A DNA stretch of 64,000 bases, taken from contig NW_003314339.1 of the NCBI RefSeq assembly GCF_000143415.4, positions 551,751 through 615,750 of the forward strand. The letters are read 5' to 3'. The DNA is from Selaginella moellendorffii (Eukaryota; Plantae; Lycopodiophyta). Every line of letters starts with the position of its first letter. Position 1 is the stretch's first letter. Both the position numbers and the translations under genes were made by a program. The notes below the pieces were generated by a model, which saw nothing but the letters and a program-made list of their open reading frames with translations, was not told the origin of the DNA and did not search any database. Positions 24,874 through 37,986 of this stretch are shown here, one piece after another.

Positions 24874-27061
24874 ATGGCCTCCGCAAGTGCGACGCATGTG
24901 TGAGACACAAAATCCCTAGGCCCCAAAGTGGAGCCAGAAGGGTGCCACGTGGTAATGGCCGAAGCGAAAGCCAAACGAGTGTAACACGTTTGGGCCAAAA
25001 GCTCCGCCTTGAAAGGTCGAGAGCGGGAGTGGAACTCCTAACGAAGGGCTCGAGGAATGAGCACGAAACGAGCAATAACCGAGGCTCCAAAAAGGGACCC
25101 AAAAGGACCAACACATGACACATGGTAGTGTCCGAGAAGGACCCGAGATGGAGTCCGAGGTGGAGTCCGAAGTGGAGTCCGAGTTGGAGTCCGAAGTGGA
25201 GTCCGAGGTGGACCCGAGATGGACCCGAGATCGAGTCCGAGATGGACCCGAGATAGAGTCCGAGATGGACCGAGACGGAGTCCGAGATGGACCCGAAATG
25301 GAGTCCGAGATGGACCCGAAATGGAGTCCGAGATGGACCCGAAATGGAGTCCGAGATGGACCCGAAATGGAGTCCGAGATGGAGTCCGAGATCGAGTCCG
25401 AGATGAACCTGAGATGGAGTCCGATATGGAGTCCGAGATGGAGTCCGAGATGGAGTCCGAGATCGACTCCGAGATGGACCCGAGATCGACTCTGAGATGG
25501 ACCCGAGATGGAGTCCGAGATGGACCCGAGATGGATCCGAGATGGAGTCCGAGATGGAGTCCGAGATGGACCCGAGACCGAGACCGAGACCGAGGCCGAA
25601 GCCGAGACCGAGACCGAGTCCGAGTCCGAAACCGGGACCGAGACCGAGTCCGAGTCCGAGTTCGAGCCCGAGTCCGAGTCCGAATACTAATACAGGCAGT
25701 TGGGTGAAAGCCCAAAGCGATCGTCCCCCAGGGGGGGGGGGGGGGGGGGGCTGCGGGGGGTTCCAAAAGTATAGTAGGGAGAGTGTGGGGGTTGGAGCCC
25801 AGTGGAGCCAGTTTGGCCAGGAAAGGCCAGTTTGGCCCAGGAAGGGCCAGTTGGGCCCAGGAAGGCCAGACCCAGTGTTGGGTGATGAGCTGACCACTGG
25901 GAAGTCCAAGACTAGAGTGAACATGGACCGACAAGCGGGGTAGCTTGGTGAAGTGTTCAAGAGCCGGCTCTAGTTCCCCCGGGAGATCGACTGGCCGATG
26001 CTCCCAGTCCAAGTGTGGGTGGCACTACCTACTTGGATACCAGGCGTGGCTCAACGGAACCTCGCTCTAAGCCCATGGCTAGAGCACCCAAGGGCAGAAG
26101 GCAAGGAGAGTACCCAGGTGGCTCGCGTAAGGCCACGGTGTTCCGAAATGTTGCCCCAAAGGCCCAGACTATGGAAAGGAAGAGGAGCAGTCCTCTGGGG
26201 TAGTGACCAAGGACACAGTCATGTGGGGAGGAAGTCCTAGAGGACCGTGGGACTTAGTGGTCGGGCCTATGGGTCTCGATCCAGTGGCAGTGTTGGCAAA
26301 CACGGCCAGGGGCAGAAAGGGACTTAGTGGGGTCTGACAGAGGGATATTGGGGAAGGCTATTCCCCTTGTCGGTGGGCATCCTAAGGATGCTAAGGAGTG
26401 GATCTGAGATGACCACTCACGGATGGTTTGCCTAGTCTTGGAGAGCCAAGACTGTGATGCAAGTGGTATTGGACTACCAGTGTGGCAAAGGTGATTGGGC
26501 ATGGCCTTAGCGTAACGGGCTGCTATGTCGGTCATACCTTTGAGTGTCGGTCATGGGATCGGACACGTGGAGCACTTGGACCAAGTGCAAATGTTGAGTG
26601 GCATGGATGCCATTCTTGGGGCTAGCAAGTCCCAAGTCCTGGATTGGACTTATGGAGGGTGTGAATGAGACTCCTCCAAGTGGTCGGAGGTGTGGTTAAG
26701 TGACTAAAGTAGAATGGAAAATTTAGTCGCTTACAGCATGTTCCCTCCATGGATCTTAAGAACCGTGCTACATGGATTCAGGCAAAGGTGTTTCTAAACA
26801 CCCGAGGGGGAGGTGGTAGCTGAGGGCTTAGCCACAGTTGTCGATCTAAGAGATGTGGTTGCTAATCAAGAATTGGGCTGGGATGATATTGGAGTTGCGA
26901 TTTTAGAGGGTGTTGACACAGAAGAAAACAGTCTGACTATTGGAAGCATTGTGCGGTGGAAATTGAGGCACTTAGTGTTTGAGAATGTGAAGGATTCACA
27001 ATCAAACACCACTACAACTGATGACAAAACATCTCTTCATGGGAAAAAAAAGTACACCTTC
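24874..27061 (+). pseudogene. 5' fragment of the transposase (copy 1), internally deleted, LTR-interrupted and truncated
   Basis: Matches 48659-49249 (VVAEGLATVVD...KKYTF) with a ~240-bp deletion just after the ATG and a solo LTR at 24899-26735. Confidence 0.85.
24899..26735 (+). mobile_element. Solo LTR, family A variant with B-like central segment
   Basis: tgtgagacac...cgcttaca; perfect TSD GCATG. Confidence 0.92.
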
Positions 27062-27064
27062 AAG

Positions 27065-27088
27065 CTCTATTTCGTTAAAGTGGGAATT
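27065..27088 (+). repeat. Left terminal inverted repeat
   Basis: ctctatttcgttaaagtgggaatt; 19-bp perfect inverted match to 53326-53344; coincides with the point where the copy 1 transposase stops. Confidence 0.75.
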
Positions 27089-27216
27089 GTCATTATCCCA
27101 CTTGTAAAATAAGATTTCCAAATCTTTATATAGAATATAAATATAACAAAATTCAAATGCATTGAGGCACATGCCATTTTATTTTATTCAAGGAAATGTC
27201 TACTCAATCACTTCTC

Positions 27217-29050
27217 TATGAGACACAAAATAGCTAGGCCCCAAAGTGGTGCTGGAAGGGCACCACGTGGTAGTGGCCGAAGCGAAAAGCCAAACGAGCG
27301 TAACACGTTTGGACTAAAAGCTTCGCCTTGAAAGGTCGAGAGCGGGAGTGGAACTCCCAACGAAGTGCTCGAGGAACAAGCACAAAGAGAGCAATAAGTA
27401 AGGCTCCAAAAAAAACCAACACATGACACGTGGAAGTGTCCGAGATGGACCCGAGTTGGAGTCCGAAGTGGAGTCCGAAGTGGAGTCCGAGAAGGACCCC
27501 GAGGTGGAGTCCGAGGTGGACCCGAGAAGGACCCTGAGATGGAGTCTGAGGTGGAGTCCGAGGTGGACCCGAGATGGACCCGAGATGGAGTCCGAGATGG
27601 ACTCAAGATGGAGTCCGAGATGGAGTCCGAGATGGACCCGAGATGGAGTCCGAGATGGACCCGAGATGGAGTCCGAGATGGAGTCCGAGATGGAGTCCGA
27701 GATGGAGTCCGAGATGGACCCGAGATGGAGTCCGAGATGGACCCGAGATGGACCCGAGATGGGACCCGAGATGGACCCGAGATGGAGTCCGAGATGGAGT
27801 CCGAGAAGGACCTGAGATGGAGTCCGAGGTGGAGTCCGAGATGGAGTCCGAGGTGGACCCGAGATGGAATCTGAGATGGAGTTCGAGATGGACCCGAGAT
27901 GGAGTCCGAAGTCGAGACCGGGACCAAGACCGAGACCGGGACCGAGACCGAGACCGAGATCGGGACCGAGGCCGAGACCGGGGCCGAGGCCGAGTCCGAG
28001 TCCGAGTCCGAATCCGAGTCCGAGTCCGAGTCCGAGTCCGAGGTCAAGTCTGAGAGGGTGAAAGCCCAAAGCGTTCGTCTCCCAGACCCTGGGGGGTCTG
28101 GTGAGCTCCAAAAGTATAGTAGGGGGGAGGACTGCAGTGGAGCCAGTTTGGCCAGGAAAGGCCAGTTTGGCCCAGGAAGGCCGGACCCAGTGTTGGGTGA
28201 TGAGCTGCCCACTGGGAAGTCCAAGACTAGAGTGAACACGGACCGACAAGCGGGGTAGCTTGGTGAAGTGTTCAAGAGCCGGCTTTAGTTCCCCCGGGAG
28301 ATCGACTGGCCGATGCTCTCAGTCCAAGTGTGGGTGGCACTACCTACTTGGATACCTGTTGTGGCTCAACGGAACCTCGCTCTAAGCCCATGGCTAGAGC
28401 ACCTAAAGGCGAAAGGCGGGGAGAGTAGCCATGAGGCTTGCGTAAGGCCACGGTGTTCCGAAATGTTGTCCCAAAGTCCCAGACTATGGAAAGGAAGAGG
28501 AGTAGCCCTCTGGTGTGGTGACAAAGGACACGGTCACCCAGTGAGGAAGTCCCAGAGGACAGTTGGACTTAGAGGTCGGGCCTGCGGGCCTTGATCCAGT
28601 GGCAGTGTTGGTGAACACGGCCATCAACAGAGAGGGACTTGGTGGGGACCGGAAAAGAGATATTGGGGAAGGTTATTCCCTAAGTCTGCGAGCATCCTAA
28701 GGATGCTAAGGAGTGGATCTGGGATGATCCCTCATGAATGGATGGCCTAGTCTATGAGAGACAGGATTGCAATGTAGGTGGTGTTGGACCACCAGCGTGA
28801 CCAAGGTGAATAGGTATGGCCTCAGCGTAACGGGCCGATATGTCGGAGATACCTTGGGGTGTCGATCATGGGATTGGACATGTGGAGCACTTAGACCAAG
28901 TGCAAAGGTTGAGTGGTATGGATGCCATTCTCGGGGCTAGCAAGCCCCAAGTCCTAACTGGGACTTGTGGAGGTTGTGAATGAGACTCCTCCAAGTGGTC
29001 GGAGGTGTGGTTAAGTGACTAAAGTAAAATGGAAAAATTAGTCGCTTACA
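27217..29050 (+). mobile_element. Solo LTR, family A
   Basis: tatgagacac (TG->TA)...cgcttaca; perfect TSD TTCTC. Confidence 0.9.
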
Positions 29051-29499
29051 TTCTCCTCCCCCTGCCACTGCTTCACCTCTCTCTTCTCCTTGTCATCGTC
29101 GTCCAATTTCTTTCCATCCTTTTAATATTGGCTCAGTTGCTCCGAGTCTAGGTGGAGCCCAAGTCCCCATTCAATCTTTACTTTCCCCTTATTAATAAAA
29201 CAACTTCGTAGATTTCCAATAACATGCTGTAACACTTCTAGTATAATGCAAATCCTCTCAAAGAATTGTCTTTTAATATTAATACAATGGCATGGAACCC
29301 CATGCCATAATAAGTTACATTTTTAAATAAATACATGCCATCTCAGACTGTTATTTTTTGCCTCCAAACGCCTATACAATAATTTTGGAATTTCATCACT
29401 CTCCACACTATCAGGATTTAAACCCAATAGTAATGCCATCTCTTCTCTAATACGTCCACGCTCATGTTCAGTGGTCGAAGAACCCATCCGGTTGAGCAG

Positions 29500-31196
29500 T
29501 GTAAGCGACTAATTTTTTCATTCTACTTTAGTCATTAACCACACCTCCGACCACTTGGAGGAGTCTCATTCACAACCTCCATAAGTCCAACTCAGGACTG
29601 GGGGCTTGCTAGCCTCGAGAATGGCATCCATGCCACTCAACCTTAGCACTTGGTCCAAGTGCTCCACGTGTCCGATCCCATGATCGACACCCCAAGGTAC
29701 CATTGACGTATCGGCCTGTTACGCTAAGGCCATGCCCAATTACCTTGGTCACACTGGTCGTCCAACACCACTTGCATTCCAATCCCGTCTCTCAAAGACT
29801 GGGTCATCCGTCCATGAGGGATCATCCCAGATCCACTCCTTAACATCCTTAGGATGCCTACAGACATGGGGAATAGCCTTCCCCAATATCTCTGTTCCGG
29901 TCCCCACCAAGTTCCTTTCTGTCCTTGGCTGTGTTCGCCAACACTGCCACTGGATCAAGGCCCACCGCCCTGACCACTAAGTCCCACTATCCTCTAGGAT
30001 TTCCTCACTGTGTGACTGTGTCCTTGGTCACCACACCAGAGGGCTACCCCTCTTCCTTTCCACAGTCTGGGACTTTCGGAACACTGTGGCCCTACGCGGG
30101 CCTCATGGGTACTCTCCCCGCCTTCCGCCTTTAGGTGCTCTAGCCATGGGCTTAGAGCGAGGTTCCGTTGAGCCACGACAGGTATCCAAGTAGGTAGTGC
30201 CACCCACACTTGGACTGGGAGCATCGGCCAATCGATCTCCCGGGGGAACTAGAGCCGGCTCTTGAACACTTCACCAAGCTACCCCGCTTGTCGGCTTGTG
30301 TTCACTCTAGTCTTGGACTTCCCAGTGGGCAGCTCATCACCCAACACTGGGTCCAGCCTTCCTGGGCCAAACTGGCCTTTCCTGGCAAAACTGGCTCCAC
30401 TGCAGTCATCCCCCTACTATACTTTTGGAGCTCACCAAACCCCCCAGGGTCTGGGAGATGAACGCTTTGGGCTTTCACCCTCTCAGACTCGAACTCGGAC
30501 TCGGACTTGGACTCAGACTCGGACTCGGACTCAGACTCGGACTCGGGCTCGGGCTCGGACTCGGGCTCGGGCTCGGTCTCGGCCTCGGCCTTGGTCTCGG
30601 TCTCGGTCCCAATCTCGGTCTCGGTCTCGGTCTCGGTCTCTTTCTCGGTCTCTGTCTCGGTCTCAGTCCCGGTTCCATCTCGGACTCCATCTTGGGTCCA
30701 TCTCGGACTCCATCTCGGGTCCATCTCGGACTCCATCTCGGGTCCATCTCGGACTCCATCTCGGGTCCATCTCGGACTCCATCTCGGACTCCATCTCGGG
30801 TCCATCTCGGACTCCATCTCGGGTCCATCTCGGACTCCATCTCGGACTCCATCTCGGGTCCTTCTCGGACTCCACTTCGGACTCCAGTTTGGACTCCACT
30901 TCGGACTCCAACTCGGGTCCATCTCGGACTCCACTTTAGACCCCAACTCGGGTCCATCTCGGACACTTCCACGTGTCATGTGTTGGTTCTTTTTGGGTCC
31001 CTTTTTGGAGCCTTGCCTATGGCTCGCTTCGTGCTCATTCCTCGAGCACTTCTTTAGGAGTTCCACTCCCGCTCTTGACTTTTCAAGTCGGAGCTTTTTG
31101 TCCAAACGTGTTACGCTCGTTTGGCTCTCGCTTCGGCCACTACCACGTGGCGCCCTTCCGGCTCCACTTTGGGGCTTAGGGATTTTGTGTCTCACA
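29500..31196 (-). mobile_element. Solo LTR, family A
   Basis: tgtaagcgac...gtctcaca; perfect TSD AGCAG. Confidence 0.92.
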
Positions 31197-31243
31197 AGCA
31201 GATTATGGAGATGCAGATAGTGCTTGGCTAGACAATATACCTG

Positions 31244-34200
31244 CTATAAATGATGACTGGTGTCTGTCCGATCAAATGGCTTCTGATATACCGTTCCATC
31301 TGCCATTTGGTTGATTTCTGCAGCCACCTCCTGGACTGGCTGGTTCTCTATCACCATCGCTTCAAGCCGTTTTGCAAGGTCCCCCAGAACATACGGTTTC
31401 TTCTCCCTAGTTTCCATACTGCAAGAGATGAGGTGCACTGCATATGTGTGTGTGTTCGCTGCAGTTTTAATTGGCGAGTCATCGATGATGAGGATTTCAC
31501 TTGACCTAGCAGTCCGATTCATCACTACAGCCTCTGGCTTGACGAAGATGGGCTTGCTACCCCTCACATGGACCATAGTCAAGCAATCCTCCTGCGTTAG
31601 GAGAAAGTCAAATGGTAATATTACTCGCGTCTGATCGTGCATCATCTGTAGCAACGTTAATGCATTGTGGCGCATCATGGATGTCCAAACTCCCAATTGC
31701 AAATTGAACCTGGCCCTCTGTTTTAAGTGTCGCATGGTCATTATTAGATCCCGTAGTTTCTCCCGTGTGATTAATGTGAATCTGTCTCTTTTGACCAACT
31801 TGCGACCGCAGGCTTTGGAGGGTGCAGTGACATTCGAGGACGAGCCACGCTCATGGGAGAAAAGGACACCGTTCAGATCAAAAACGATACAGTACTTTCG
31901 CCGTGACTCTGAAATGAAATGCGTCAGCATAAAAAATGGTACAAGTCAATTTTACCATCTACAATATTAGCGAATGGTGCTCCCGATGGTTGTTGAGAGG
32001 GTTTTGGTTGAGGAAACGTGAAGGGCGGAAATACTCTCCTCTGCAATGTGGGGTCAATCGCATCTGATGGCATGTGGGCACATGCCATTTTAGCTGTAGA
32101 CTCTGGTACAACTAGCTCAACAGTGGCATGGGGTGGTTCCGATGGCGTGTGATCACACGCCATTTCAGCTGGTGCATCCATTGGCAAAGTGGACATGACT
32201 GAACAGGCAGTAGGGGCAGTGAAGGGAGGTTCCAACGGCGCATAGTCAGACGATTGGGCACACGTTGAGTCCGTTGGAAATGAGGATACGACTGGCTCGG
32301 CGGCTGGGGCGGCCTCATGCGGGTCCAATGGCGCCTGGTCACCGTCAGTTGGATACGTAGACAAGATTGACTCAGTGGTATGGGCAGCATCAAGTGGAGC
32401 GTGGTCAGCTTGCTTGACGTTGATATGGATAGTAGCCTCCACCAGCTCTGATGACTCTTGCAGGCAAGTAGAGTCCACTGGCGGATCCATATGCATGTCC
32501 AAATATCTCCCTTCGATTGAGATGGTATCCTCCCTACTGGCTACTAAAAACAAACTCATTAGCACATTGAATCGACTATACTGTATTTACCATCAACTGC
32601 TATTGAGGAACTAGGACCGATAGCACTTGGGCGCACTGCTGATTCTGAAGGATTGGACATACGTTTCGACCCTTGCTTGGCACTATCCTTCCTCGACACT
32701 AAAGGCTAGAGTTTGTATCTTAATTCAACTGAATAATCTCTACTTACCATTTGCTTTGCAACCTACATGGACAATGTTAGAAATGGTAAAAGGTTAGGAA
32801 TGGATGTACTATTATTTACCTGATGGTTTGTCTTGTATGACCTTCCTCCGCTGCTCTTTGGCCACCTCAGGCTGGCCATCGTCGTCATCATCGTCGTCGT
32901 CGTTATTGTGATCGTCACCATTGTGAGGACCATCCAAGTCCTCTTCGTCCTCCTCTTCGTCCTTCTGCTCTTCCTGCTCATTATCTTTCTCTGGCTCCTC
33001 ATCCCCCTCCTGCATTTCTTCCATAGGCTGCTCAGGCTGGATGGCTTGTTCTTCCAGGACCATCTTGGGAAAATCATCTGGCCGAGTCTCCATCTCAAAA
33101 TACAAGACATCCATAGCCTGGTTTAGTGCGTGACCTAGGACCGTATCCTCACCCGACTGTCTTAACATGGTTTCTGCACGTTCTTGCACCCTTCGAAGAC
33201 GACGAGATGAGAAAAACGTGGCCCTGACTTGAAAAGCATCCCTCATCCATTGTACCTCTCCATTGAGATTGGGGAAGGGGAGTCCGCCATAGGAATCTGA
33301 GTCAGGAGGTGGTGATTGGCTGCTTTCATTCAGCCCTTGATCTGCAATGAATGGCATGAGCACACACGCCATAACGGCGAGGCATTACCTATCATCTTTT
33401 CGTTGCCCTTCTTCCTTTTCGAATCAAACGCCTCTGATCCCGACGACTGTCCAACGTGCTTTCGCTTTTTATGACCACTGTCAGTTTGAGCTTGGCTGGT
33501 GCTTGCCTGTTTTGCCTTTGAAGAAGTGTCTCCTGCAAGGAATGGCATGAGACCACACGCCATAGCAAATATAATTTGTACCTCCTTTTTTCCTATTGCT
33601 TGTCTATTTGTCCTTCTTCGACGCGCCACCAGTGCGCTTTTCAGTCCTCGTGTCTGAATATTCACAACGATCTATAAACAAAATGGCGTGAGGCCTCACA
33701 TGACCTTACCTTGTGCAGGTTGTGAGCTCGTCCCAACAGTAGCTGTTAACGCCGTTTCAGCATCTGGGGGTGGCCACGCTCCTGCATATAGAGCTTGTGA
33801 GATAATATTTAAACTTAAAGTGCGTACTCACCAGGTTCGCAGAGAAGATACTGTTTTTCTTTGGCAACTGTAATTATATGCTTCATTAAAGTCACCTCTT
33901 CAATGGAGTTTATCACCGCAACACACGGGACACCCTTGAGTAGTGCGGCTCGAAAGAATAGTCCGCCGCAGTTGTACTCGACAACGCATTTGCCCTTGGA
34001 GTCGGAAGCAGGTGCTATTGCATTGAAGACCCAGCTGAGCATTTCCCATGCTGCACCTGGAGCTTTTTCTGGATTCGAAAGCTCCATAGCCGTCTTCAGT
34101 TCCTCAGGCACGGGTAAATTGACCTCCCTCAGATCAATTCGATCGGCCTTGTCGAACGAAGCTGGGAAGTCACTCCAGTCCCACTCTGCTGCAGGACCAA

Positions 34201-36624
34201 TAACAAGGGCGAGTGTGAAGATGCGGACATTCGTCGGTATCTTCTTCTTAGCCATTATCCCATGGATCTCCTGCATCTCCTTGCCTTTCAACCGAGCCTT
34301 CACCTCGTTCAAGGCCTTCTAGAACTTGTGATAGGATTCGGAGTCGTAGATCATATAGTGGACTGAAGATTCCACCTCCACAAGTCCCACCATTAAGTCA
34401 ATGATGGAGCTAACTTCGTCTGCATGAGTGATCTCCTTGTTTGTGAAGTCCATCACACAAAAGATGTTCTTGACCTGCTCATCTCCACGGGAAACGATGC
34501 TCCTCTACCTTTGATCCTCATCCGAATTCACGTATACCCGGTAAGGTTCTCGATAGGCCTCTGCTGCGGGGTCGAGCTGTTTCTGAAGCCGGCAGTCGAC
34601 ATCCCTCTTAATGAAATTTGGATACTGATCCAACTTCTCAGCTTTACTTTTCGTGGCATCCCGCAGCAGATCGATGAACTTGGGGGCCCCCTTCACGTAC
34701 TCGTCGATGTCTTCATTTGACAACTCCAGCTCTTCCATCATCTCTTGCGTGGTATCGATGCTCACCCTCTCCACGGCCACTTGCTCGAAGATCCAATCCT
34801 TCAATAGCGCACGAGCTCTCAGAGTCGTGCACAAGTCCTCGTATGTCACAATATGGCCGGGAGTCATTTTGGTCTTGTTGAAGACTACCTCACCACGTAG
34901 AAGAGCATTAGCCACTGTCAGAAGGTTGTCGTCGTCTAGAGACCGCGAGAAACGCAAGGCGTTGAGCTTCAAATCATTGGGCTTCCGGCCGTCCTCCACA
35001 CCCATTGAGTTTAGCAACTCCCCATCATGGTACCTCCTCAGCACATCTACCCATTTGTCAAAAACAACTTTTGTCGCGAGTAGAATGTTATGGATGCTGA
35101 GTGTGTCATTGACCCCCAGTGTTTTCGAGAGAAGACTCGAGAATTCCTGCAATGGAAATGGCGTGAGGCCACATGCTATGCCACATGCAACGAGGCTTAC
35201 CTGCCAGGCGCTAGTTGCTAGTGCACGTCCTTGTCCTGGTTTTTGTGGCTTCTTCAGTTGAACCCAGAGCTTCCGTGTTCGTGCCAATGTCTCGTGTAGA
35301 CCCGATTTGTAGCACGTTTCTTGCTTGACATTCTGCGCGTGGGAGATGGATATGATAGATCGGAGGGGCGAGTTGCCTTTTATCAGGCGGACAACTCTTG
35401 TCTTGAAGACTTTCTTCACCTCCTCGCCCACCATAATATCCAGAACTATCTCTTGCATTGCCAAGCTAGAATGCTGCCCGGAGACGGCATAGAACCGGAT
35501 GTTCTGATCGTCCAACACCTTCCTATTGATCAAGTCTAGAAACCTCGTCTCGCCCTTCATTGTTCGGTAGTAGGGGATCACGTCTGCGATGTCGGGTGTT
35601 ACTGGACTTGCCAGCATCTTCTGCTTCAGTTTCTCCACCCACTCATCAGATACTAGCCTGTGGTTGTATTTGCTTTGGATGTCGATACGGCTCACATCGA
35701 TTGTATATACTTTGTTGGAATAGTAACAAGTACTATTATCTGCGACAATTTTTGCTGCCTCTTCTTGCTCTTTCTGCTCTTTGCGGCTCTTCTTTTTGGT
35801 GGGTGTAGTGTTCAAACCCGAGGCAATGGCATCACCGAGTAGCTTCTTTTTTGGAGCTGCAGGAGAGTCGGACGTCGGCTTGAGCTTGACCACCCTTTTC
35901 TGCTTCGGGGTAGTTTCCAAATGGACCCCCTTCCCCTTCGCTTCGCGAACTGGAGGCACTCTCAACGGCTCAATGTTGGAATATAGTTTTTGAACATCGC
36001 CGTAGGTGAGGTCCGTGGATTCCATGTGATCTTCATAGACCCGCAGCATCTTTGAAATTGTGGGCCTCCTGGACAACCTCTCCCTAGCTCCCTCTAGGAA
36101 TTCCTCATAGCCGCTGCCCCCCTCCGGGAAGCCGCTAGGATGTGCAAGGTGGATCTTGAAGGCGGACGCTGTCTCTACCACAAGTGCCAGTCCATATTCT
36201 TGCATGGAACTGCATGGAGTGTCTGTCACTTGGATGAGGATCCCCATGCATTCTTTTCTCCCACCATCTGTGTTGTACAACCTCAGATCCTCACCTTCCA
36301 TCCTGAAAGTCCAACTGGTGAGCTCCTCCCCCTTCTCTGCATCCACATTGACAGTGGCTGGAAGAAGAACGCAATTCCTCGCCTGTTCAGAAATGCACAA
36401 CAATTAGAGCTGACAGATGAAAAGCTAGCAGCTGGAAATAACGTGAGGCCACATGCCATTCACCACTGCATCAGATGTCTTGAGGCTGCATCCTAAGATG
36501 GCGTGAGGCTACACGCCATCTGTAACCGGACTGCACTCGAGAGCCCAATCGGTGCATGCCAATGTTGCTACTGAATGGCATGTGGCCTCATGCCATTTTC
36601 TACTTGGCCTAAAAGACTTACCAT
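31244..36624 (-). pseudogene. 11-exon gene, ~1561 aa: ParB/Srx-like + degenerate N6/N4-MTase-like + low-complexity + FCP1/NIF-like HAD domain (two nonsense codons in this copy)
   Basis: Exons 36624-36622, 36382-35201, 35146-33832, 33781-33710, 33653-33582, 33532-33389, 33341-32820, 32762-32748, 32698-32591, 32543-31956, 31908-31244. All introns are GT-AG and the phases join into one frame (4686 nt). Motifs: IDVSRI..YNHRLV..WVEKLK..M / YAVSGQHS (ParB-like); NPEKAP..MLSWVF..KGKCVVEYNCGG..AALLKG..CVAV (MTase-like); IVFDLNGVL, VWTSM, IIDDSPIK (FCP1-like). TAG at 34505 and ~33604 are TGG/CAG in copy 1. Confidence 0.75.
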
Positions 36625-37959
36625 TTGAAGCCGAATGGAGGCCGTGACAATCGAGGCCGGACTCGCTGGCGAATGTGCACTGTGTGTGCAGCGGATCGTA
36701 GCAGCAAGGCTACTCTGCCACTTATAGTTGGAGAGTGGCGCTGAAATCTCCCGGGACGCCAAGTGAGCTGCGTGTGGGTGGCGGAGTGGGCGGCGGAGTT
36801 GGTGGCGAAGTTACAAATTGGGTGTGTCTTGAAGTGGACGCCGATGCCCACGAGCGCGATGCGAGCACGAGTGTGATGCAAGCGCGAGTGGACGCCGATG
36901 CACACGAGAAACCTGTAGAGAAGGTAGATGAGCGCGAATGTGAGCGTGATCGCGAGTGGGAGCGCGATGCGAGCGCGAGTGTGCGAGCGCGAGTACGATG
37001 CAAAATGCAAAACCTAACCTCACACGCGCGAAATGTCACGACGGTTGGTAATCCCGCCACGTCATCATTCCTCGGACTTGGGCGCCACCATTAATTTCTG
37101 GATCGCCGCGCGCATGCATGCACGTGAAATCCAAAAGAAATCCGCAACGTCATCATTCCTCGGACCGCGCATGCATGCACGTGAAATCCAAAAGAAATCC
37201 ACAACGTCATCATTCCTCGGACTGCATGCACGCGAAATCCAAAAGAAAGATCATGATTGGGATATCATTTAATACCCTCGCTATATTTATACCATGCATG
37301 ATTGGATATTCCAAAGCATCTTGTATTTCCAAAAATGCCAGATGGAATTATAAGATCTGGTTTGTCAGAGGATTTGATGTGATGTTCAAGCGTGTGGGCT
37401 CATGCAATTTTGATCCCAAAAAATGCACCAAAAAATGCTCGGCGTCATCTGGCGTTATCTCTTGAATGGCGTGGGGCCGCATGCCATTTTCAGGGGCACA
37501 TAGGAGTATATTCCTAGAATATTCTGACACGCGCGAGATTTTTTTGAGTTTTCTGGAGATCCAACCGTTAGATCGCAACTAGATTTTACAGAATGGTATA
37601 CAATGTCTTTCTTGATGACCCTGCAAAGAAGCATCTCGATCAGACACCACATGAGACCACACGAGCCTTACAATGTTTCAGGGGCATTTGCCATAGATCC
37701 GACCGTTATTTTGCTCCAAGATTTTACAGTTTGGTGTGCATTGACCTTTCCATCGAAACTGCAAAGGGACATCACAATCAGATGCAGGATCACAAAAACT
37801 AACTTCACTAACTCTCGTTTCACCAAGATCTACGTAAGGAGTTATGAAATGAAAGGACCCTCTCTATTGAAATGTGTTTATGGTCCTAGGGGCATTGTGA
37901 CATATCAAAGGATTTTGCATCAAGTTCTGTATTTGCATGTTTATCAAGCTACTGAATTG

Positions 37960-37986
37960 CTAAACCCTAAACCCTAAACCCTAAAC
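37960..37986 (+). repeat. Interstitial (CCCTAAA)n tract, copy 2
   Basis: ctaaaccctaaaccctaaaccctaaac. Confidence 0.85.

Larger units (their letters stand above)
1..27061. mobile_element. Large DNA transposon, copy 1 (left end outside window; truncated inside its transposase; split by nested LTR insertions)
   Basis: 1-5377, 22774-22983, 24137-24898 and 26741-27061 are colinear and near-identical to 32916-39038 plus 48247-49249 of copy 2. Similarity stops at ...tacaccttc (27061), just before the TIR of copy 2. Confidence 0.85.

Noticed and set aside
33832-34560. Active DNA methyltransferase
   Set aside because: No DPPY/SPPY/NPPY and no FxGxG motif; at most a degenerate fold.
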